Positions 9,404-21,474 of a stretch of DNA of 32,000 nt are shown piece by piece. The notes under the pieces were generated by a model. It searched no databases. It saw only the letters and a list, made by a program, of their open reading frames with translations, and was not told the origin of the DNA. The first letter of the stretch is position 1; each line of letters starts with the position of its first letter. Source of the stretch: Mycobacterium leprae TN (lineage in GTDB: Bacteria; Actinomycetota; Actinomycetes; Mycobacteriales; Mycobacteriaceae); contig NC_002677.1 of assembly GCF_000195855.1 (NCBI RefSeq), positions 2,790,001 through 2,822,000 on the forward strand, written 5' to 3'. The position numbers and the translations under genes are program-made.

Positions 9404-12400
9404 CTATCCTCCCTGTACGTCAGGTTTAGGTCGGCGCCGCATCACGGCTCCACGTCGCACCGCCGCACGCTGCTGAACGCGGTCGCGAACGGTGTCAGCG
9501 TTCTCGAGCGCCTGCTTTGGGCCCGCGAGCCCAAGTTGACGCACAACATCGGCGGTCAAGTCTTGCAGGGACGCGCCCTGCAAAATCAATGTCACCGGCG
9601 GCTCCACGCCGAAGTCCGCCCGTGCACCGTTACGGATCCGCACCGCCATCAGGGAGTCCAGCCCCAGCTCGGTCAACGGCACAGCAGGATTAACTGTTGA
9701 TCGGTCAGCGTAACCCATAACCGCCGCGATAAGCGCGCACATCCGCTCGGTCACCACGCGCTGGGCCTCTGCCGGATCGAGATCGGCAAGCGTGTCGGAC
9801 CCGACCCAGTCACCCAGGTCACCCGCCGCGGCCAGCTGCTCGACCACCCAGGTGAAGTAGCTGATGCTACGCATCTCCGGGAATGCGACCAGAGCCTTAT
9901 CGGCACGTAACCGGGCAACGCCCGTGCGAGTCCGACCGGCAGCCAGCAACGAGTCGATAGCCTCGATGCCCTCTGCCGGAGTGATTGTATCTAGAACACT
10001 GCCTACCAAAGCCTGGGCGACACCCACATCTGACCACGGACCCCAGTTGATCACCGCCGATGGCAAACCGGATGCCTTGCGCCACATGACCAGAGCGTCG
10101 AGCCATGCACTGGCACATGCATATGCCGCTTGTCCGGGCGAGCCCAAGAGCGAAGCAACAGAGGAAAACCCCAACCACCAGTCGAGCTCGCAGCTAACGC
10201 TGGCCTGGTGCATCCGCAGCGCGCCAGTGGCCTTAGGCGCCCAAACTCGCTCCAAGTTTTCTCTGGTCATGGTGAACACCAGACTGTCTTCGATGACCGC
10301 CGCACCGTGCACGATGCCGCGCAACTGGCCGCCCGCTCGTCCTGCCGCCGCGACCAGACTCTCGGCCACACCTGGCGACGTCACATCGCCGCGCAAAAAC
10401 ACAATTTCGGCACGAGCTTCCAATTCGACCAGAGTTTTGCGCTGCTCCTCGGTGGGGTCGCTGCGGCTGCCCAGGACCACCCGGCCGGCACCGCGATCTA
10501 CCAACCATCTGGCAACGACTAAGCCAAGGCCACCAAGACCACCCGTCACGATGTATGCCGCTCCGGGGCGAACCACAGGATTGTCTTTGCCAGCATCCAA
10601 TGTGGCCTTACACAGCCGTTCGACGAATCTGTGTTGACCCCGCCACGCGATCACATCATCGCCACCGAACTCGCTCGCAGAATTGTGCAATTCTGCAGTC
10701 AGTGCTGCGATCTGATCTTGCGTGGCATCCAGATCGAGCAGGGTGGCGCGCAGGTCCGGATTCTCCAGGGCCAGCACTCGCACCAGGCCCTTCAAAGCAG
10801 CCGTCGCGGGAGCCCCCAGCTCGTCATCCTGAACGGAAAGACCACCACCGGCGATCAACCACAGCCGTGGCGATCGGCCATGCCACGTACTTACGATCGC
10901 ACGAACGACAGTCGAGATCGACCACACCGAGTCTCGCGCTTGCACCAGCCCATCGTCCAGCCCGGTTGCCGCACCGCCGACGAAGATGACCACGCCAATA
11001 GGTGGGTGCTCTGGATCACCCGCCGTCTCTGCGAATGCGGCAAGCATCGCCGATTCGTCGTGGAGATTTGCAGTGTACACCCGTCGCATTGGTGAGCGCC
11101 ATCTCGCAATGAATTCGTCTGTCAGGGATTTGATCGAAGGATCCCAGTCGGTAAGTACCAACCAACTTGCGCGCGCTGTCTCGGTAATCTGCTCCAAAGC
11201 TCGCGAAGCCGGGATCGGGCTTTCGATCCACTCAGCGTCGAAGATCTTCTGCGCCAACGGTAATGGCACCACACGGCGTTCAATACGTCGCAAGTAAATG
11301 CCATCCACTTCGGCTGCTACGTAACCAGCGTCGTCAATCAAGACGATCTTGCCCAACTTGCCGGTACCCCCGTCGAGGTTGGTCAAACGTGCCCGACACA
11401 GGGCGTGCCGACCGATGTCGCGGTACACTCGGATCGCCTCGAACGACACCGGCAGGTAGCTGACTTCCGCCGACTCAGCGACCTCACCGTCAGGTATTGC
11501 GGCACCGACGCTTTGCAATGCCGCATCTAGTACAACGGGATGGAGTCGATATCCGGGATGCCGGGGAACCTCGTCGGGAAGAGTGATCTCGGTTTCCGCG
11601 GAACCGTCAAGCAGCCGAGTTATCCGGGTCAAGACAGCAAACACCGGGCCATGGTGTTGACCAGTCTGCCGTAGCACAGCGTAGAAATCGGCTGGAGACA
11701 CGGTTACCCCGTTCGAAGAACCGGGTGCTTGCTGGAACGGCTGCACGGCATTGTGCGATACATGCTCAACATTGGCCGTGGCGTGCCGAGAGAAATCACC
11801 GCGAGGTGAGCGAGAATAGATCTCGACCCGAATTTTGCTGTTCCCGTGATAGGTCAACTGCGTCGTGAGCGGTGTGTGGTTGTCGAGGGAAAGCATTTGC
11901 TCGACCTCGAACTGGTGGATTACAATATTGGCCCCAGAAGTGCCAGCGGGTACACCGAGCGCTTCGCTGGCCGCCGCCACAGCGATCTCAGCAAACGCAG
12001 CAGCCGGCATAATAGGCTGGCCGAATACCTTATGGTCAGCTAGCCAGGGACATACGTCGGTTCCGACATCTGCCTGCCAGCCGTGGTCTCCACTGCCGGG
12101 CATTTCGACATGCACACCGAGCAACGGGTGGGCCACGGCCAGCTCCGACATCGCTGATCGATCCGCAACCCAGAATCGCGAATGTTGCCACGGCGTGGGT
12201 GGCAGGTCCACCAATCGACCCTTGGCGCTATCCGACTCGGTCACCCCGACGGTGGCAAGTTGGGCGTGGAAGAACAGGGTCTGGTCGAGGTCGCGGTTCA
12301 TCGCCGACGTGACAACATGGCCTCCGGACCCGCCGACGGTGTCAGTGATAGCGTGTGTGAGCACGGGGTGGGGGCTGATCTCGATGAAAGAGTGGCAGGT

Positions 12401-14872
12401 ACGATTGAATCCACCGACGCCGCTAACAGCCTGTGCGATGGCCTGGTGGAATCGCACCGGGTTGCGCAGGTTAGCCGCCCAATAGTCGGCGTCCATCACC
12501 GCCTGGGTGTGTTCGTGAGTGGTGGTGATTATCGGGATGATCGGCGTCTGCGGAACCAAATCCGCTAGCGCATTTCGCAACTCGGGCAGAATCGGATCTA
12601 TGATCGAATGGTGCGAAGCCACCTCGACATCGACGCGGCGCGCTAACCGATTCTGCTCCGCCACCACCGATATCACCGCATCCACCGACTCCGGCAAGCC
12701 GGCAATCACCGATTGGCGTGGCGAAGCGTACACTGCCAACGTCACCTCAGGGTAGTCAGCAATCAGAGCCTCGGCGGCGTCGGCGTCCAACTCTAGCAAT
12801 GCCATCGCGCCCTGACCCGACAGACGCGCCATCAGCCGGGACCGGGTAGCGATCACCCGCAAGCCCTGCTCGGGCGTCAACGCGCCGGCTACCACTGCCG
12901 CGGACACCTCACCCATCGAGTGCCCAATCACAGCATCCGGAGTCACCCCGTAAGAACGCCACAACTCGGTGAGCGCCAGCTGGATCCCCACCAGCACCGG
13001 CTGAATGCGTTCGATACCTACCACCTCGTCGCCATAGGCGAGTGTATGCTCCAGCGAAAAACCTACCTGAGCAACGAACGTGGGCTCCAGTTCAGCTACC
13101 GCCTTGGCGAAGGCCGGCTCATCGACCAGCAGCTGCCTACCCATCCCGGCCCACTGCGAGCCCTGACCCGAATACACAAAAACTCGACCGGGCCCAGCTG
13201 CATGCTGATCACAACCCACCACTCCCACTCGTGGCTGTCCGGCCGCCAGCGCCCGTAACCCCGCAACGGCATCCGCGTGATCACGCGCAATCACGGTTGC
13301 CAACTTGGGGTGCCGAACCCGGTGCTGGTTCAGCGTGTACGCCACGTCGGCGAGTGGTGCCGCCGCGCCCGGTCCCGACATCCAGTCAGCCAACACTGCG
13401 GCTGCCGACGCCACCCGCGTAACAGTCTTACCCGACACCACCAGAGCCGAAACATACTGCCTACCAACAGCTGCCGATATAGGTACAGTCGTGTCTGGCG
13501 CCTGCTCAATCACTACATGGGCGTTAGTCCCACTGAGCCCGAACGATGACACCGCTCCACGACGCGGGCCCGGAATTGCCGGCCATGGTGCGCTCTCAGT
13601 GGGCACAAACAGCCGAGTCGTGGATGCGTCGATGGCCGGGTTCCATTGAGTAAAGTGGACATTACGCGGAATGTACGCGTGCTGCAACGCCAGCACCGTC
13701 TTGATGAATCCGGCCACTCCGGCGGCAGCCTCTAGATGGCCGATGTTGGTCTTGACCGACCCCAAAGCACAGGAGCTTTCGCCGCGGCCGTAAGTGGCAG
13801 CCAGCGATTCGAACTCGATAGGGTCTCCCAACACTGTTCCGGTTCCATGTGTTTCAACATAGTTAACGCTGTCTGGGGTGATATCCGCGAGCCGCAAGGC
13901 GGTAGTAATAACGTCGCGCTGCGCCAGCGCGTTAGGCGCGGTCATGCCGTTGGACCGACCGTCTTGATTGGTCGCCGAACCACGAACCACAGCCAGCACA
14001 CGATCCTGGTCGCGCAGCGCGTCAACTAGCCGTTTTAGCACCACTACTCCGCAACCTTCGCCACGCACGAATCCATCCGCATTGGCATCGAAACTATTGC
14101 ATCGTCCGGTCGGTGATAACGCCGACCACTTGGACAACGCGATGGCGGTGAAAGGCGACAAGATGAGCTGCACACCGCCGGCTAATGCCACGTCACTCTC
14201 ACGCAACCGTAAGCTCTGACAAGCCAGGTGGATTGCCACCAGCGACGACGAGCACGCAGTGTCCACGGCCATCGCCGGACCACGCAATCCTAACAAATAC
14301 GAGATCCGTCCTACTGCCGCGCAATGCGGAGTTCCGGTGCTCAGGTAGGCATCGATATCGGCTCTGCGCTCGATGTTGACGATCGTGTAGTCCCACGAGG
14401 AAAGTCCCATCATCACCGCAGTTCGAGTGCCGCTCAGCGAATCCGGTGCAATGCCGGCGTGCTCAAGGGATTCCCAGGCAACCTCGAGCAGCATCCGATG
14501 CTGCGGATCCATCGCCACGGCTTCGCGAGGTGTGATGCCAAAGAACTCGGCGTCGAAAGCATCAACGTCGGGAACGAAGCCGCCCCATTTCGTCGTCATC
14601 CGCCCTGACGCCGACGGGTCGGGATCGTAGAACGCATCCGCATCCCACCGATCTGGCGGAACTTCGCTGATCGCGTCCCCGCCATCGACCAACAGCTGCC
14701 AAAAACTATCCGGGCCAGTTACATTCCCCGGGAAACGACATCCGATGCCCACCACCGCGACTGGCTCTGAAATGTCGGTTGGGAAAGCAGTCCCGGTACG
14801 GACAAGTTCGCGTGCCAGTGCCGCGCGCGCGTTCGGCGACAGCTGCGCCGCACGCTCTGCCAAGCTCGTCAT
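9404..14872 (-). CDS. ppsD: Type I PKS PpsD (KS-AT-DH-KR-ACP), 1822 aa
   Basis: [23 protein letters not shown] with VASH motif, DH HKVFGQPIMP, KR IVTGGLGGLGLVVARWL, ACP LGLDSLMAVRI. ATGA overlap with ppsC at 14869-14872. Confidence 0.95.
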   Translation of the reverse strand: MTSLAERAAQLSPNARAALARELVRTGTAFPTDISEPVAVVGIGCRFPGNVTGPDSFWQLLVDGGDAISEVPPDRWDADAFYDPDPSASGRMTTKWGGFVPDVDAFDAEFFGITPREAVAMDPQHRMLLEVAWESLEHAGIAPDSLSGTRTAVMMGLSSWDYTIVNIERRADIDAYLSTGTPHCAAVGRISYLLGLRGPAMAVDTACSSSLVAIHLACQSLRLRESDVALAGGVQLILSPFTAIALSKWSALSPTGRCNSFDANADGFVRGEGCGVVVLKRLVDALRDQDRVLAVVRGSATNQDGRSNGMTAPNALAQRDVITTALRLADITPDSVNYVETHGTGTVLGDPIEFESLAATYGRGESSCALGSVKTNIGHLEAAAGVAGFIKTVLALQHAYIPRNVHFTQWNPAIDASTTRLFVPTESAPWPAIPGPRRGAVSSFGLSGTNAHVVIEQAPDTTVPISAAVGRQYVSALVVSGKTVTRVASAAAVLADWMSGPGAAAPLADVAYTLNQHRVRHPKLATVIARDHADAVAGLRALAAGQPRVGVVGCDQHAAGPGRVFVYSGQGSQWAGMGRQLLVDEPAFAKAVAELEPTFVAQVGFSLEHTLAYGDEVVGIERIQPVLVGIQLALTELWRSYGVTPDAVIGHSMGEVSAAVVAGALTPEQGLRVIATRSRLMARLSGQGAMALLELDADAAEALIADYPEVTLAVYASPRQSVIAGLPESVDAVISVVAEQNRLARRVDVEVASHHSIIDPILPELRNALADLVPQTPIIPIITTTHEHTQAVMDADYWAANLRNPVRFHQAIAQAVSGVGGFNRTCHSFIEISPHPVLTHAITDTVGGSGGHVVTSAMNRDLDQTLFFHAQLATVGVTESDSAKGRLVDLPPTPWQHSRFWVADRSAMSELAVAHPLLGVHVEMPGSGDHGWQADVGTDVCPWLADHKVFGQPIMPAAAFAEIAVAAASEALGVPAGTSGANIVIHQFEVEQMLSLDNHTPLTTQLTYHGNSKIRVEIYSRSPRGDFSRHATANVEHVSHNAVQPFQQAPGSSNGVTVSPADFYAVLRQTGQHHGPVFAVLTRITRLLDGSAETEITLPDEVPRHPGYRLHPVVLDAALQSVGAAIPDGEVAESAEVSYLPVSFEAIRVYRDIGRHALCRARLTNLDGGTGKLGKIVLIDDAGYVAAEVDGIYLRRIERRVVPLPLAQKIFDAEWIESPIPASRALEQITETARASWLVLTDWDPSIKSLTDEFIARWRSPMRRVYTANLHDESAMLAAFAETAGDPEHPPIGVVIFVGGAATGLDDGLVQARDSVWSISTVVRAIVSTWHGRSPRLWLIAGGGLSVQDDELGAPATAALKGLVRVLALENPDLRATLLDLDATQDQIAALTAELHNSASEFGGDDVIAWRGQHRFVERLCKATLDAGKDNPVVRPGAAYIVTGGLGGLGLVVARWLVDRGAGRVVLGSRSDPTEEQRKTLVELEARAEIVFLRGDVTSPGVAESLVAAAGRAGGQLRGIVHGAAVIEDSLVFTMTRENLERVWAPKATGALRMHQASVSCELDWWLGFSSVASLLGSPGQAAYACASAWLDALVMWRKASGLPSAVINWGPWSDVGVAQALVGSVLDTITPAEGIEAIDSLLAAGRTRTGVARLRADKALVAFPEMRSISYFTWVVEQLAAAGDLGDWVGSDTLADLDPAEAQRVVTERMCALIAAVMGYADRSTVNPAVPLTELGLDSLMAVRIRNGARADFGVEPPVTLILQGASLQDLTADVVRQLGLAGPKQALENADTVRDRVQQRAAVRRGAVMRRRPKPDVQGG
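9408..9414 (-). promoter_or_regulatory. Probable Shine-Dalgarno for ppsE (AGGGAGG), located in the last codons of ppsD
   Basis: The plus strand reads cctccct at 9408-9414. This is AGGGAGG on the coding strand, 10 nt before the GTG at 9397-9395. Confidence 0.7.
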
Positions 14873-17800
14873 GACTCGCCTCTCGTTGCAGCTTCCAGCT
14901 CGCTGGCTTCGACCAGATCAGAGAGCAGGTCCATCTCCGCTTTGGACAGTTCCGCGTTTGTGTCAGTCGCCTCCTGCACCTCGGCCGGTAACGCATAGTC
15001 CATTCGTTCGCATAGTGCGGCCGCAAGGTCAGCAGTTGTCGGATATGCCCATACCAGCGCGACAGGCAACGTGATGCCCAGACTGGCTTCCAACCGGTTT
15101 CGCAATTCCAGGCCCATCAAGGAATCAAGACCCAGCGCTTCCAGCGGCCGGTCGTGGTCGATTGGATCGCTCGAGCGTAGCACCGCTCTGATCTCGTCGG
15201 CGATCGCCGACGCGAGGTGTCCCGGGCGCTCGGCTGCGTCGAGAACGTCCAGTTGCGCACGGATCTTGCCCACGCCGCGCCGCTCCCCGCTTTTCAGGGT
15301 TGCCGTGTCGCGCAAATTTGCGAACAACGACGAACCCGCCACAGCCGGGAAAGATTGGAACCACTGCCGCGCATCGAGGCTGAACACACCAGTTTGCGCA
15401 CGATCAGCGGCAAGCACCGTCTGCATCGCCGCCAGACCCTGCTCGGCGGTGAGCAGCGAAACACCGAGACCAGCGAAGAATTGGGCACGCCCCACCTCAG
15501 CCCATGGGCCCCAGTTGATTCCGACGGCGGGTAGTCCAAGCGAACGCCGATAGGCTACCAGGCCGTCGACCCACGCGTTCGCGGCGGCATACGCACCCTG
15601 CCCTGGTGTACCGAGCAGCGAGGAAGCCGAGGAGAAGGTCAACCACCAATCGACTTCGAACGCAGCGGTGGCCTGATGTAACCGCCAGCTGCCGGTGACT
15701 TTGGGAACGAACACCCGCCTCGCCGCAGAATCCGTCATATTCAGCATGATCTCGTCAGCGAGAACCATGGCGCTGTGCAGGACTCCGGCCAGCCGGAAGC
15801 CTGCGCTTTGGACCGCATGCACCAGTCGGTCCGCCGTACCGGGTTCAGAGATGTCGCCCGTGACCACCTCAATCCGGTGGCCCGCTGCGGTCAAGTCCGC
15901 TATGGCCGCCGTAACATCATCGCTGGGGGACGAACGTCCGTTCAAGACAATCAATCCCGCTCCTTGCTCGGCCAGCCATCGCGCGAAGACGAAGCCAAGA
16001 CCGCCCATACCGCCAACGACCAGGTAACCGCCGTCTTGGCTGACCAATGGAACGGGTGGCGGGGACGCGATCGCTTCAATGTTGCCCTCATACGGTATTG
16101 ATATGACGATCTTGCCGGTATGCTTGCCGGAGGCCATGAGCCGAAATGCATCGGCAGCGTTGTGCAGACTGAATTCAGTGACAGGAAGCACCGGCAATCT
16201 ACCATCGGCCACGTGCGCCAAGATGTGTTGCAGCAGTTGGCGATACCGGGCAGGATGCAGTTTCAGATTCAAATCAAGGTCTACTACGGAGAAGGAAGCA
16301 CTCTTTGCCAGCGCGGCCAAGCCCAGGTTGGCATCGTCGTAGACATCTTTCTTGCCGATTTCGATGAACCTTCCACCGGGAGCAAGTATCTGCACACCGC
16401 GCTGAATCGCTTTATCTGCAAGAGAATTGAGAATGATATCGACGCCATAACCGTGCGTGAGCTCGAGTATCTCGTCGGCGAAGTCCACACTTCGCGAGTC
16501 ACCGACATACTCGACACCGAGCTCGGACAGCATTTGTCGCTTGGCATCCGAACCGGCCGTTGTGTAGATGCGGGCACCGAGCATCTTGGCGATCGAAACC
16601 GCAGCCATGCCGACACCACCAGTGGCGGAATGGATCAGCACACGTTCACCGGGAGACAGCCGCCCAACCTCGCACAGGCAGTGCCAGGCGGTGAGGTACG
16701 CTACGCCGAACGTGGCTGCCTCGTGATCGGATAAGGTGTCGGGGATTGGGACGACGAGATCGGCAATCGTACCCACGTATGTTCCGAATGTGCCGGGGCC
16801 AAAGGCGATAACACGCTGACCAACCTCGACAGAGTCAACGTCGTCTCCTATGGCTGTCACGTAGCCGACACACTCGCCACCGATCGCCGGTGCTCCACCG
16901 TCGAGTCCCGGGTACACACCCATCGCCTTGAGCACATCGCTGAAATTGAGTCCCGCAGCGACGACACGAACCTCGACCTGATCGCCTTCCGGCTCGCCCC
17001 GCTTGACTTGGTGCACCGTCAATGCGTCCAGTCGTCCGGGTTGATCGATCTGCAGCTGGACAGCACCTAAGCCACCCAGTTCTACAACCTTGCGACGAGT
17101 TTCGCCGGCAAGTTCGCCTTTCGGCGTGATGGGAGCCGGCACCAACCGGTTGACATAACGTTGTCCGTCCCGGTAGGCGACCTCGTCGTGGTTCGAGCCG
17201 GCCAGCAGCTCCTCGGTCAGGTCGTCAAGTGAGTCGGTGCCGTCAGCTTCAATGTCAAGCAGGGTCGCTTTGAGTTCCGAATGCTCGAACGTCAGCACTC
17301 GGACAATTCCACGTAGCTCAGTCTGCGCCAACGTTACTGACTCGCCTGCGTTAAGCTGCTGCGCACCTCGGGTGACGATCCACAGCCGTGGACTCTTGCG
17401 AGCACCCATTTGCGTCACTGCTTGAACCACGCCGGCGATCTGAAGTGTGCGCGTCTGCGCTAGTTCCAGTTGAGCATCATCGGGCAAAGACTCATCGCTC
17501 GCTCGCGGCGGACACACCACGACGATGCCATCCCAGCTGATGTCGGTTCGAGTGATCGCCGCCTGCAGCTTCACTTCGTCGCTAAAGGAGACGCAATCCA
17601 CTGGTGGAGGCCCATTTTCACTCAATCGGGCGCGCAGCGACGACTGTAAGGCAAGCAACAGCGGGTCACCCGCGGCGACGTCACCGATCAACAACAAGCC
17701 ACCTTGCGCGGAAGATCTCGAAACCTCCTTATACAGCGGTGTAGGTTCCCACTCCAACGTGAATAGGCGATCGGTGAGTTCCGTTGCGTCGCTGCCGGCT

Positions 17801-20800
17801 CCAAGCACCGTCATCTGGACTTCGTCGATGACAAGTAGCGGTTGCCCGTCCAGATCAGTCAGGACAACTTCGCCAACCAGCCGATCCAAGCCCTCGGTTG
17901 CGGTCAGCAACCCGACAGCACAGACACCGCGAGTGACATCACCGTACACATGCACGCCCGCAAAACGTACTGGTAGGACCAATGTTTTCCGGGCGGTCGG
18001 CCCTCCGGCTAAATCGGTCGCCATCCGGGTAGCACCCAGTGTCTGTAACGCAATATCCATCATTACCGGGTGCAGCAAGAAGTCGCGGAAACCCATTCTG
18101 GCCGACGAAGGCAACCGCACCTCAGCGCGGGCGGCACCAGATTCTTCAACCGCAAGCCCGACGATCCCTTGAAACGCCGGACCATGCTGTTGACCGGCGC
18201 TGCACAGCCGCTGATACAAGTCTTCGGGGCCCAGTTCATCCACCACATCGACCGGGGTTGCGGTGCGCTCCTCGCGATCTGACGGTTGCACTGACTCGGC
18301 AGGACCAACAGTGGCAGTGGCATGAGTGGTCCAACCCGAAAAACCGTTGCGAGTGCGCATTTCAATCCGGCACCGCTGCTGGTCGCCGGTGAGCGTGGTA
18401 ACGAGAACAGTGCCTTCGGTCACGTGCAAAACCTGATGAAGGTCAAGCTCATAGATCATCCACGGCTGATCTCCTTCGACTCGCTCGTTTGGAAAGGTGT
18501 CCGTCGCGGCCGCCAACGCAACCTCGGCGTAGGCTGCACCCGGCAATACGCAGAGATCGTCAATAACGTGATCCCCCAGCCACAGCAGATCAGGGCCCAA
18601 TTGGCTTTCCCATACTCTGGTGCCACTGGTGGGATCGGTAACACCAACGCCAAGCAGAGGATGAGTGTCTGCCCTGTGGTATGCCGCCGACATGGCACTG
18701 ATCCAATGGCGAGTGTGCTGCCACGGAGTGATGGGCAGCACCGGGTGCGGTTCGGGCGGATGAGGAGTTCGGGGAGGGCGGCTGGTATGCGTAGCGTTGA
18801 GGTTGGTGTGGAACTCGAGTGTGTCGTGAGCATCGCGTTGTAGGGTGCCGATGCTCAAATAGCCCGCACCGACAGCATTTTCTTCGGCTGTGCCGGCGAT
18901 GCTGCACAGAATGTCACTGATCGAATGAGTGAGCAGTGGGTGTGCGCTGATCTCAATGAAGGTGTGATAGTCGCCGCCGACACCGCTACTAGCGTGAGTA
19001 ATGGCCTGCTGAAAACGCACAGGATTACGCATGTTAGTCGCCCAGTGCTCGACGTCGAAGACAGGGGTGCTGCCGAAGTCCTCGTATGTGGTAGAGATGA
19101 TCGGGATGGTTGGTTGCTGCGGAGTGAGATCGGCTAGCTCCGAACGCATCTGAGGTTGCAGCGCATCCATGGCTGGGTTGTGCGGTGCCACCTCGATGTT
19201 GACTCGGGTGGCAAAACCGTCCTGCTGGCGCACCTTGTCAATCAGAGCATCGATCATGGCCGTCGGCCCGGCAATCACAGTTTGGCGCGGGGAAGCATAG
19301 ATCCCCAAGCTCACCTGCGGATAGTCGGCGATCAACGCCTCAGTGGCCACGGCGTCGAGTTCGAGCAACGCCATTGTGCCCTGACCGGACAATGGCGCCA
19401 TTAGCCGCGATCGGGTCGCAGTGACCCGTAAACCCTGGGTAGGAGTCAGAGCCCCGGCCACTACCGCGGCGGCGACTTCGCCCATAGAGTGACCGATCAC
19501 CGCATCGGGTTCTACCCCGTAGGAGCGCCACAACTCGGTCAGCGCCAGCTGCATTCCCATCAGTCCCAGCTGGATCTGTTCGATGCCTACGAGCTCCTTG
19601 CCGTTGGCGATTACCTCGTGCAACGAAAAACCTGCCTGTACAACAAATTCGTGCTCTAGTTTGGCAATAGCTTCGGCGAATGCCGGCTCGTCGGCCATCA
19701 GTTGGCGACCCATTCCGGCCCACTGCGATCCTCGGCCCGAATAGACGAACACAGTGCCCGGACCAACAACGCTGTCACGGGGGGCCACCACACCGGAGGT
19801 GGATTGACCCGCGGCCAGCGCACGCAACCCCGCCACCGCTTGGCCCCGATCAACGGCCGCCACAGTGCCGAATTTGGTGTGCCGGGCCCGGTGGTGGTTC
19901 AGGGTGTGCGCAACGTCAGTCAGCGGCACCGCAGCTCCAGGGCCTTCCATCCAATCAGCCAGCACCGATGCTGTCGCGGCCACCCGCTGCACTGTCTTAC
20001 CCGACACCACCAGTGTCGACACCGCAGGAACAAGGCGCAGCGCCGGCCCAGGTGCTGGCACTGCTACCGGGTCCGGTGCTTGCTCGAGCACCACATGTGC
20101 ATTCGTCCCGCTGACGCCGAACGACGACACCCCCGCCCGGCGCGGCCGACCGACAGTCGGCCATTCGAGGCCTTCGGACGCAATGTTTAGCCGCGATGCA
20201 GCCTCACTGGCATGTGTTGTCAACTGGTGGAAGTTGAGGTGCCGCGGAATGAAACCACGTTGCACAGCCAGCACCGCCTTGATGAACCCAGCGATCCCAG
20301 CTGCCGCTTCCAGATGGCCGAGGTTAGTCTTCACCGACCCAATCACCAACGGGACAGAGCCCCGCCGGCTCTGCCGATCGCTGAAAACCTTGCTCAGCGA
20401 GTCGAGTTCGATCGGATCACCCAACGGCGTTCCCGTTCCATGGGCCTCGATGTAGTCAATGTCAGCAGCCGTCAACTTCGACGACGCTAACGCGGTGCGC
20501 AACAACTCCTGCTGCGCCGGCCCGTTGGGAACGGTCACTCCGCTGCTGGCGCCGTCCTGGTTGACCGCCGAGCCACGCACTATGGCGAGGATACGGTTGC
20601 CGTCGCGCACCGCGTCATCCAACCGCTTAAGCACCACCACCCCGGCACCCTCGCCACGCACATACCCGTCGGCGGACACATCGAAGGCCTTGCATTGCCC
20701 CGCCGGAGATAGCATCCCCCAACGCGAGCATGCAATGCTCGGTCCCGGGCTAAGCAACAAATTGGTTCCACCCACCAAAGCCGCGTCGCTTTCTCGGTGA

Positions 20801-21474
20801 CGCAAGCTCTGACACGCCAGGTGCACCGCCACCAACGACGACGAGCAAGCCGTGTCGATGACCACGGCCGGTCCACGAACCCCGAGGATATAGGCCAACC
20901 GTCCAGCAGCAAAGTTCGCCGAATTTCCGGTTGGTATGTAGGCGTCGAGATCTTCGGGACGCAACCGGCCCGCCAACGTGAGCATATAATCGTAAGCGGT
21001 AACACCGACGAATACCGAGGTTTGAGTCCCACGAATGGTGTGCGGCGCGACACCCGCGTCTTCCAACGCTTCCCAAGCGACCTCAATCAACAACCGCTGC
21101 TGCGGGTCCATTGCCGATGCTTCGCGCGGGGAAATTGAGAAGAACTCCGCATCGAACTCATCAGGCTGCCAGCCGGTGAGAAAACCGCCTTCGGTGCTGC
21201 ATATCGTGCCCGGCACGGTGTGATCGTCCGTATAGTAGGCATCGGCATCCCATCGGTCGGAAGGAACCCGAACGATGCCGCTTCGGCCATCGCACAACAG
21301 ATCCCAGAACTGTTCGGGGTTGTTGACCCCGCCCGGGAATCGGCACCCCATGCCGATCACTGCGATCGGCTCAGTGCTGGACTTTTCGGCGATTTCCAGG
21401 CGTGCAGTGAGATCATCGATCTTGTGCAACGCCTCGGTGATGATCGCCCGGCGATCAGGTGTCGAGGCGGTCAT
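14869..21474 (-). CDS. ppsC: Type I PKS PpsC (KS-AT-DH-ER-KR-ACP), 2201 aa
   Basis: [25 protein letters not shown] region [71 protein letters not shown] overlap with ppsB at 21471-21474. Confidence 0.95.
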   Translation of the reverse strand: MTASTPDRRAIITEALHKIDDLTARLEIAEKSSTEPIAVIGMGCRFPGGVNNPEQFWDLLCDGRSGIVRVPSDRWDADAYYTDDHTVPGTICSTEGGFLTGWQPDEFDAEFFSISPREASAMDPQQRLLIEVAWEALEDAGVAPHTIRGTQTSVFVGVTAYDYMLTLAGRLRPEDLDAYIPTGNSANFAAGRLAYILGVRGPAVVIDTACSSSLVAVHLACQSLRHRESDAALVGGTNLLLSPGPSIACSRWGMLSPAGQCKAFDVSADGYVRGEGAGVVVLKRLDDAVRDGNRILAIVRGSAVNQDGASSGVTVPNGPAQQELLRTALASSKLTAADIDYIEAHGTGTPLGDPIELDSLSKVFSDRQSRRGSVPLVIGSVKTNLGHLEAAAGIAGFIKAVLAVQRGFIPRHLNFHQLTTHASEAASRLNIASEGLEWPTVGRPRRAGVSSFGVSGTNAHVVLEQAPDPVAVPAPGPALRLVPAVSTLVVSGKTVQRVAATASVLADWMEGPGAAVPLTDVAHTLNHHRARHTKFGTVAAVDRGQAVAGLRALAAGQSTSGVVAPRDSVVGPGTVFVYSGRGSQWAGMGRQLMADEPAFAEAIAKLEHEFVVQAGFSLHEVIANGKELVGIEQIQLGLMGMQLALTELWRSYGVEPDAVIGHSMGEVAAAVVAGALTPTQGLRVTATRSRLMAPLSGQGTMALLELDAVATEALIADYPQVSLGIYASPRQTVIAGPTAMIDALIDKVRQQDGFATRVNIEVAPHNPAMDALQPQMRSELADLTPQQPTIPIISTTYEDFGSTPVFDVEHWATNMRNPVRFQQAITHASSGVGGDYHTFIEISAHPLLTHSISDILCSIAGTAEENAVGAGYLSIGTLQRDAHDTLEFHTNLNATHTSRPPRTPHPPEPHPVLPITPWQHTRHWISAMSAAYHRADTHPLLGVGVTDPTSGTRVWESQLGPDLLWLGDHVIDDLCVLPGAAYAEVALAAATDTFPNERVEGDQPWMIYELDLHQVLHVTEGTVLVTTLTGDQQRCRIEMRTRNGFSGWTTHATATVGPAESVQPSDREERTATPVDVVDELGPEDLYQRLCSAGQQHGPAFQGIVGLAVEESGAARAEVRLPSSARMGFRDFLLHPVMMDIALQTLGATRMATDLAGGPTARKTLVLPVRFAGVHVYGDVTRGVCAVGLLTATEGLDRLVGEVVLTDLDGQPLLVIDEVQMTVLGAGSDATELTDRLFTLEWEPTPLYKEVSRSSAQGGLLLIGDVAAGDPLLLALQSSLRARLSENGPPPVDCVSFSDEVKLQAAITRTDISWDGIVVVCPPRASDESLPDDAQLELAQTRTLQIAGVVQAVTQMGARKSPRLWIVTRGAQQLNAGESVTLAQTELRGIVRVLTFEHSELKATLLDIEADGTDSLDDLTEELLAGSNHDEVAYRDGQRYVNRLVPAPITPKGELAGETRRKVVELGGLGAVQLQIDQPGRLDALTVHQVKRGEPEGDQVEVRVVAAGLNFSDVLKAMGVYPGLDGGAPAIGGECVGYVTAIGDDVDSVEVGQRVIAFGPGTFGTYVGTIADLVVPIPDTLSDHEAATFGVAYLTAWHCLCEVGRLSPGERVLIHSATGGVGMAAVSIAKMLGARIYTTAGSDAKRQMLSELGVEYVGDSRSVDFADEILELTHGYGVDIILNSLADKAIQRGVQILAPGGRFIEIGKKDVYDDANLGLAALAKSASFSVVDLDLNLKLHPARYRQLLQHILAHVADGRLPVLPVTEFSLHNAADAFRLMASGKHTGKIVISIPYEGNIEAIASPPPVPLVSQDGGYLVVGGMGGLGFVFARWLAEQGAGLIVLNGRSSPSDDVTAAIADLTAAGHRIEVVTGDISEPGTADRLVHAVQSAGFRLAGVLHSAMVLADEIMLNMTDSAARRVFVPKVTGSWRLHQATAAFEVDWWLTFSSASSLLGTPGQGAYAAANAWVDGLVAYRRSLGLPAVGINWGPWAEVGRAQFFAGLGVSLLTAEQGLAAMQTVLAADRAQTGVFSLDARQWFQSFPAVAGSSLFANLRDTATLKSGERRGVGKIRAQLDVLDAAERPGHLASAIADEIRAVLRSSDPIDHDRPLEALGLDSLMGLELRNRLEASLGITLPVALVWAYPTTADLAAALCERMDYALPAEVQEATDTNAELSKAEMDLLSDLVEASELEAATRGES

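Noticed and set aside
9864-18172. Other long plus-strand ORFs opposite ppsD/ppsC (9864-10637, 11865-12485, 16120-16734, 17525-18172)
   Set aside because: They are antisense to intact PKS domains, rich in Pro/Arg/Ser, with no domain motifs or plausible family. These are typical shadow ORFs in high-GC DNA.
14869-21474. PpsC DH motif reads [11 protein letters not shown] (HxxxDxxxxP) instead of HxxxGxxxxP, considered as a degraded DH
   Set aside because: As I recall, the same Asp variant occurs in the functional M. tuberculosis PpsC DH, so it is probably a family feature and not inactivation.
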